A DNA stretch of 64,000 bases from Eledone cirrhosa. Taxonomy: Eukaryota. This document shows, piece after piece, positions 57,401 to 64,000 of this stretch. The position numbers and the translations under genes are program-made. How positions within the stretch are numbered: the stretch's first letter is position 1; each line of letters starts with the position of its first letter. The notes under the pieces are model-generated. The model was given only the letters and a program-made list of their open reading frames with translations. It did not search any database and was not told the DNA's origin. The stretch is from NCBI GenBank assembly GCA_964016885.1, contig OZ024742.1, forward strand, positions 368,776,001 to 368,840,000, given 5' to 3'.

Positions 57401-60400
57401 CATTAACCCTTTCATTGCCATATTTCTAATGAAAGACACTGTTTATGTCATTAACTCTTTCATTACCATATTTCTAATGAAAGACACTGTTTATGTCATT
57501 AACCCTTTCATTACCATATTTCTAATGAAAGACACTGTCTATATTAACCCTTTCATTACCATATTTCTAATGAAAGACACTGTCTAACCCTTTCATTACC
57601 ACATTTCTAATGAAAGACACTGTCTATCTCATTAACCCTTTCATTACCATAATTCTAATGAAAGACACTGTCTATGTCATTAACCCTTTCATTACCATAT
57701 TCTAATGAAAGACACTGTTTATGTCATTAACCCTTTCATTAGCATATTTCTAATGAAAGACACTGTTTATGTCATTAACCCCTTCATTAGCATATTTCTA
57801 ATGAAAGACACTGTCTAACCCTTTCATTACCATATTTCTAATGAAAGACACTGTCTATGTCATTAACCCTTTCATTACCATATTCTAATGAAAGACACTG
57901 TTTATGTCATTAACCCTTTCATTAGCATATTTCTAATGAAAGACACTGTTTATGTCATTAACCCTTTCATTAGCATATTTCTAATGAAAGACACTGTCTA
58001 ACCCTTTCATTACCATATTTCTAATGAAAGACACTGTGTATGTCATTAACCCTTTCATTACCATATTTCTAATGAAAGACGCTGTTTATGTCATTAACCC
58101 TTTCATTACCATATTTCTAATGAAAGACACTGTTTATGTCATTAACCTTTTCATTACCATATTTCTAATGAAAGACACTGTCTATGTCATTAACCCTTTC
58201 ATTACCATATTTCTAATGAAAGACACTATATCATTAACCCTTTCATTGCCATATTTCTAATGAAAGACACTGTTTATGTCATTAACTCTTTCATTACCAT
58301 ATTTCTAATGAAAGACACTGTTTATGTCATTAACCCTTTCATTACCATATTTCTAATGAAAGACACTGTCTATATTAACCCTTTCATTACCATATTTCTA
58401 ATGAAAGACACTGTCTAACCCTTTCATTACCACATTTCTAATGAAAGACACTGTCTATCTCATTAACCCTTTCATTACCATAATTCTAATGAAAGACACT
58501 GTCTATGTCATTAACCCTTTCATTACCATATTCTAATGAAAGACACTGTTTATGTCATTAACCCTTTCATTAGCATATTTCTAATGAAAGACACTGTTTA
58601 TGTCATTAACCCCTTCATTAGCATATTTCTAATGAAAGACACTGTCTAACCCTTTCATTACCATATTTCTAATGAAAGACACTGTCTATGTCATTAACCC
58701 TTTCATTACCATATTCTAATGAAAGACACTGTTTATGTCATTAACCCTTTCATTAGCATATTTCTAATGAAAGACACTGTTTATGTCATTAACCCTTTCA
58801 TTAGCATATTTCTAATGAAAGACACTGTCTAACCCTTTCATTACCATATTTCTAATGAAAGACACTGTGTATGTCATTAACCCTTTCATTACCATATTTC
58901 TAATCAAAGACACTGTCTACGTCATTAACCCTTTCATTACCATATTTCGAATGAAAGACACTGTCTATGTCATTAACCTTTTCATTACCATATTTCGAAT
59001 GAAAGACACTGTCTATGTCATTAACCCTTTCATTACCATATTTCTAATGAAAGACACTGTTTATGTCATTAACCCTTTCATTACCATATTTCTAATGAAA
59101 GACACTGTTTATGTCATTAACCCTTTCATTACCATATTTCTAATGAAAGACACTGTCTATCTCATTAACCCTTTCATTACCATATTTCTAATGAAAGACA
59201 TTGTCTACGTCATTAACCCTTTCATTACCATATTTCGAATGAAAGACACTGTTTATGTCATTAACCCTTTGATTACCATATTTCTAATGAAAGACACTGT
59301 TTATGTCATTAACCCTTTCATTACCATATTTCTAATGAAAGACACTGTTTATGTCATTAACCCTTTCATTACCATATTTCTAATGAAAGACACTGTTTAT
59401 GTCATTAACCTTTTCATTACCATATTTCTAATGAAAGACACTGTCTATATTAACCCTTTCATTACCATATTTCTAATGAAAGACACTGTTTATGTCATTA
59501 ACCCTTTCATTACCATATTTCTAATGAAAGACACTGTTTATGTCATTAACCCTTTCATTAGCATATTTCTAATGAAATACACTGTCTATGTCATTAACCC
59601 TTTCATTACCATAATTCTAATGAAAGACACTGTCTATGTCATTAACCCTTTCATTACCATATTCTAATGAAAGACACTGTTTATGTCACTAACCCTTTCA
59701 TTAGCATATTTCTAATGAAAGACACTGTTTATGTCATTAACCCTTTCATTAGCATATTTCTAATGAAAGACACTGTCTAACCCTTTCATTACCATATTTC
59801 TAATGAAAGACACTGTGTATGTCATTAACCCTTTCATTACCATATTTCTAATCAAAGACACTGTCTACGTCATTAACCCTTTCATTACCATATTTCGAAT
59901 GAAAGACACTGTCTATGTCATTAACCTTTTCATTACCATATTTCGAATGAAAGACACTGTCTATGTCATTAACCCTTTCATTACCATATTTCTAATGAAA
60001 GACACTGTTTATGTCATTAACCCTTTCATTACCATATTTCTAATGAAAGACACTGTTTATGTCATTAACCCTTTCATTAACATATTTCTAATGAAAGACA
60101 CTGTTTATGTCATTAACCCTTTCATTACCATATTTCTAATGAAAAACACTGTCTAACCCTTTCATTACCATATTTCGAATGAAAGACACTGTCTATATTA
60201 ACCCTTTCATTACCATATTTCGAATGAAAGACACTGTCTATATTAACCCTTTCATTACCATATTTCTAATGAAAGACACTGTTTATGTCATTAACCCTTT
60301 CAATACCATATTTCTAATGAAAAACACTGTCTAACCCTTTCATTACCATATTTCGAATGAAAGACACTGTCTATGTCATTAACCCTTTCATTACCATATT

Positions 60401-61777
60401 TCTAATGAAAGACACTGTCTTTGTCATTAACCCTTTCATTACCATATTTCTAATGAAAGACACTGTCTATGTCATTAACCCTTTCATTACCATATTTCGA
60501 ATGAAAGACACTGTTTATGTCATTAACCCTTTCATTACCATATTTCTAATGAAAGACACTGTTTATGTCCTTAACCCTTTCATTACCATATTTCTAATGA
60601 AAGACATTGTCTATGTCATTAACCCTTTCAATACCATATTTCTAATGAAAGACACTGTCTATGTCATTAACCCTTTCATTATCATATTTCTAATGAAAGA
60701 CACGGTCTATGTCATTAACTCTTTCATTACCATATTTCTAATGAAAGACACTGTCTATGTCATTAACCCTTTCATTACCATATTTTGAATGAAAGACACT
60801 ATGTCATTAACCCTTTCATTACCATATTTCAAATGAAAGACACTATGTCATTAACCCTTTCATTACCATATTTCTAATGAAAGACACTGTTTATGTCATT
60901 AACCCTTTCATTACCATATTTCTAATGAAAGACACTGTTTATGTCATTAACCCTTTCATTACCATATTTCGAATGAAAGACACTGTTTATGTCATTAACT
61001 CTTTCATTACCATATTTCTAATGAAAGACACTGTCTATATTAACCCTTTCATTACCATATTTCTAATGAAAGACACTGTCTATGTCATTAACCCTTTCAT
61101 TACCATATTTCTAATGAAAGACACTATATCATTAACCCTTTCATTGCCATATTTCTAATGAAAGACACTGTCTATGTCATTAACCCTTTCATTACCATAT
61201 TTCTAATGAAAGACACTATATCATTAACCCTTTCATTGCCATATTTCTAATGAAAGACACTGTCTATGTCATTAACCCTTTCATTACCATATTTCTAATG
61301 AAAGACACTATGTCATTAACCCTTTCCTTACCATATTTCTAATGAAAGACACTGTTTATGTCATTAACCCTTTCATTACCATATTTCTAATGAAAGACAC
61401 TATGTCATTAACCCTTTCATTACCATATTTCTAATGAAAAACACTGTCTAACCCTTTCATTACCATATTTTTAATGAAAGACACTGTCTATATTAACCCT
61501 TTCATTACCATATTTCTAATGAAAGACACTGTCTTTGTCATTAACCCTTTCATTACCATATTTCTAATGAAAGACACTGTCTATGTCATTAACCCTTTCA
61601 TTACCATATTTCGAATGAAAGACATTGTTTATGTCATTAACCCTTTCATTACCATATTTCTAATGAAAGACACTGTCTATATTAACCCTTTCATTACCAT
61701 ATTTCTAATGAAAGACACTGTTTATGTCCTTAACCCTTTCATTACCATATTTCTAATGAAAGACATTGTCTATGTCA

Positions 61778-62010
61778 TTAACCCTTTCATTACCATATTT
61801 CTAATGAAAGATACTCCTTATGATTTGAAAACCTTGTTGAAAATAATCCAGAATTTGGTTCGATTTAGTATAGATTATTATGAAGCTGGTATTTGGAACT
61901 TAATACATAAAATTGTGATGAAGGTTTTTCTTTGAGAAATATAAACACTTTAAAGCAAACAGCTTTGTATTGAAAGGTGGCTGTAGGTGATTTCATATTA
62001 AAAAAGTTAA
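61778..62010. mobile_element. Putative decayed TTAA-flanked (piggyBac-like) non-autonomous element of ~230 bp whose left end overlaps the last satellite monomer
   Basis: Left end TTAACCCTTTCATTA (61778-61792). Right end TATTAAAAAAGTTAA (61996-62010), whose reverse complement TTAACTTTTTTAATA matches the left end at 11/15, with three of the four mismatches C>T. A TTAA target with CCC-starting termini is the piggyBac signature. Confidence 0.5.
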
Positions 62011-62555
62011 TCCTACTGTGACCCCTTGGCAAGTAGTTGTAGGTGGAAGCTTAGAATGTTTTTTATTTTTGTTTGTTTGTTTTTTAAGTACTCATTTGAC
62101 TTTTTTTTAACTGTAAGAACAGTAGCTATCAGTTGTTTTCAAAGTAAATGGTACTTAAGTTCTAATAGAAAATATTTTAGGTTAAATTTCTAACATATTT
62201 CTATCTAAAAGCTTGTCAAAGTAGTATCTGTTTTTATAAGAGATTGTTGGCCAATCCTCTCTCTACAGACCTACCACATTTTCTCATCTATAAGACATTC
62301 TAAACTAAAATTAAGGGCAAAAAAACAGGGAGGTAGGGGCAGATTATTTGTTTTTAGTGAGCTAAAAACACTTATTTTAAATAGATAAGATTTGTTTCTT
62401 AATGTTATTTTATATTCTTTAATGTCATTAGAAACTGAATATTGTGAAATATATGTGTGGAATGGAGATTTTGATGGATAACAATTGTATAAAATACAGA
62501 CTCGCTCAGCCTGGGAGGTCAGTAGCCTAGCTTCAGTACTGACTTGGTATATATA

Positions 62556-62609
62556 GACCCATCCAACCCTTGCTAACAGGGAAAGCAGATGTTAAATGAT
62601 GATGATGAT
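62556..62609 (+). mobile_element. 3' fragment of the (GAT)n-tailed SINE, followed by (TA)n at 62610-62628
   Basis: GACCCATCCAACCCTTGCTAACAGGGAAAGCAGATGTTAAATGATGATGATGAT resembles AACCCGTCTAACCCATGCTAGCGGGGAAGAATGGACGTAAAACGGTGATGATG. Confidence 0.7.
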
Positions 62610-62628
62610 TATATATATATATATATAT

Positions 62629-62804
62629 CAGATAGGGTGTGGTAAAATACCAGGTGGACCATAACCCACCAAAGTACTTGATACTAGGGGTAGTAGAGTG
62701 AGTAATATGAAAAGATTCAGGACCCTGACGGCTGAGCTCCATCCATTTTGACAGCTAGATCCGAATTCGTAGCTCGGCCATCGGGTTCCTGAATCTTTTC
62801 ATTC
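62629..62804. repeat. ~175-bp element between two (TA)n runs containing a 32-bp inverted repeat (62707-62802)
   Basis: Arms ATGAAAAGATTCAGGACCCTGACGGCTGAGCT (62707-62738) and AGCTCGGCCATCGGGTTCCTGAATCTTTTCAT (62771-62802), 28/32 complementary, 32-nt loop. (TA)n lies at 62610-62628 and 62805-62829. Confidence 0.8.
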
Positions 62805-63423
62805 ATATATATATATATATATATATATAATCACCTCAGCCTGTCTGGGAGGTCTGTGGCCCCACTTCAGCACTGACTTGGTATATGATAGTTATATCCT
62901 GGGGTCATATTCTACTCCAACTAATGATTTATTTACCCTATAAGTAAATGAACCTCCCAAGTCAATGTTTCATTCACAAAACTATATATATACTAGAAGA
63001 TTATTCTTGTCTCAGTTCTGAGAGATTAATTGTAATGGAGGAAGGATAAAAACCCAGAAGCACATGACTGATGTTCCCATATGGCTACTGAGATAGCTGT
63101 GACATGATCACAGCTCAAAATATTCATAGCAAGACTCTTGTATGTTTATTATACATAAACATACAATATATGCCTTCATATACACCCATATGAATCATGC
63201 TGTTAGAGCTAATTATTCTTAGCTGGTAATTTCTATAAAACAGACCATTTCAATCAATTTCTATAAAATACACTATTTCAATAATTAATGAAGGATTTTG
63301 AAGAATTTATTAAAATCATTAATTATTGTCATTACTAAGATAGTAATTTAACTTGTCATATGTTGTCATATGAAATTATGATGGAAGATTATAATAATGA
63401 AATTATTGTGTACAGTACTTAGG

Positions 63424-64000
63424 TGCACTACAACACAATATTGCACTACAACACAATATTGCACTACAACACAATATTGCATTACAACACAATACTGCAC
63501 TACAACACAATATTGCACTACAACACAATATTGCACTACAACACAATATTGCATTACAACACAATACTGCACTACAACACAATATTGCACTACAACACAA
63601 TATTGCACTACAACACATTGCATTACAACACAATATTGCATTACAACACAATATTGCACTACAACACAATATTGCACTACAACACAATATTGCACTACAA
63701 CACAATATTGCATTACAACACAATACTGCATTACAACACAATATTGCACTACAACACAATATTGCACTACAACACAATATTGCACTACAACACAATATTG
63801 CATTACAACACAATATTGCACTACAACACAATATTGCACTACAACACATTGCATTACAACACACTATTGCATTACAACACAATATTGCACTACAACACAA
63901 TATTGCACTACAACACAATATTGCACTACAACACAATATTGCATTACAACACAATACTGCATTACAACACAATATTGCACTACAACACAATATTGCACTA
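63424..64000. repeat. Second tandem array, 18-bp unit TGCA(C/T)TACAACACAATA(T/C), running off the window end
   Basis: About 32 directly visible copies, with two 15-bp deletion units (CACATTG at ~63614 and ~63845). Confidence 0.98.

Larger units (their letters stand above)
916..61815. repeat. ~60.9-kb tandem satellite array, 48-bp consensus monomer, single orientation, with higher-order duplications
   Basis: Directly visible repetition of ATGAAAGACACTGT(C/T)TATGTCATTAACCCTTTCATTACCATATTTCTA. It starts at TCTAATGAAAG (916) and ends at ATGAAAGATACT (61804-61815). The only non-satellite interruptions I saw are the two 220-bp insertions; no inverted monomers were noticed. Confidence 0.99.
62505..62886. 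repeat. Pair of diverged ~50-bp direct repeats (62505-62552 and 62835-62886)
   Basis: CTCAGCCTGGGAGGTCAGTAGCCTAGCTTCAGTACTGACTTGGTATAT vs CTCAGCCTGTCTGGGAGGTCTGTGGCCCCACTTCAGCACTGACTTGGTATAT. Confidence 0.8.

Noticed and set aside
916-61815. CRISPR array or diversity-generating cassette array
   Set aside because: There are no unique spacers or variable cassettes (the whole unit repeats), no cas, reverse transcriptase or recombinase genes, and the context is eukaryotic.
916-61815. Telomere-like TAACCCT (AGGGTTA on the - strand) in each monomer; CTAACCCT in 40-bp variants
   Set aside because: Only one hexamer per monomer and never tandem; it lacks the TAGGGTT context of a TRF half-site and is explained more simply by a TTAA+CCCTTT transposon end.
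916-61815. AGACACTGTCT as a p53 half-site or Smad palindrome
   Set aside because: It has an extra central base relative to RRRCWWGYYY and the wrong arrangement for GTCTAGAC, and a large share of monomers carry the T variant that breaks it.
920-61935. Over 100 + strand ORFs encoding (MKDTVYVINPFITIFL)n, suggesting a giant repeat or membrane protein
   Set aside because: They arise because 48 bp equals 16 codons with one stop-free frame. The frame is broken every few hundred bases by 40/44/46/47-bp monomers and in-frame TAA; many substitutions are non-synonymous; there is no unique domain or splice structure.
62250-62340. Possible small exon (CTCTCTCTACAG acceptor-like site, later AGGTAGG donor-like site)
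   Set aside because: Such motifs are common by chance, and nothing in the window supports a coding frame or partner exons.
62533-62742. 69-aa minus-strand ORF with YIYIY and HHHH runs
   Set aside because: It is the translation of (TA)n and (GAT)n microsatellites within repeat fragments.
63366-63990. Cys-rich ORFs resembling metallothionein or keratin-associated proteins
   Set aside because: Two overlapping frames are open purely because of the 18/15-bp periodicity, with no signal peptide or unique sequence.

Overview
This is eukaryotic, AT-rich, non-coding DNA. About 95% of the window (916-~61815) is one head-to-tail tandem satellite with a 48-bp consensus, ATGAAAGACACTGT(C/T)TATGTCATTAACCCTTTCATTACCATATTTCTA (roughly 1,300 monomers by length estimate, ~31% GC, no CpG in the consensus). 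It contains 40/44/45/46/47-bp deletion variants and nested multi-kb higher-order duplications. Both array ends are captured. The flanks hold decayed SINE-like retroposons, (TA)n/(GAT)n/(ATT)n microsatellites, a small hairpin element and the start of a second, 18-bp tandem array. From memory the SINE motifs resemble octopus (cephalopod) repeats; this is an unverified inference. None of the listed ORFs is a credible gene: the MKDTVYVINPFITIFL repeats are just the 16-codon translation of the monomer. The most interesting signals are: (i) the monomer appears to be the junction of flanking DNA with the TTAA-CCCTTT left end of a ~230-bp piggyBac-like non-autonomous element whose body survives at the right edge of the array; (ii) a SINE insertion near the left edge, duplicated once, whose empty pre-insertion site is preserved ~59 kb away near the right edge, suggesting centre-out growth; (iii) a double-dyad monomer carrying three TAATGA motifs; (iv) a recurring 183-bp tetramer.
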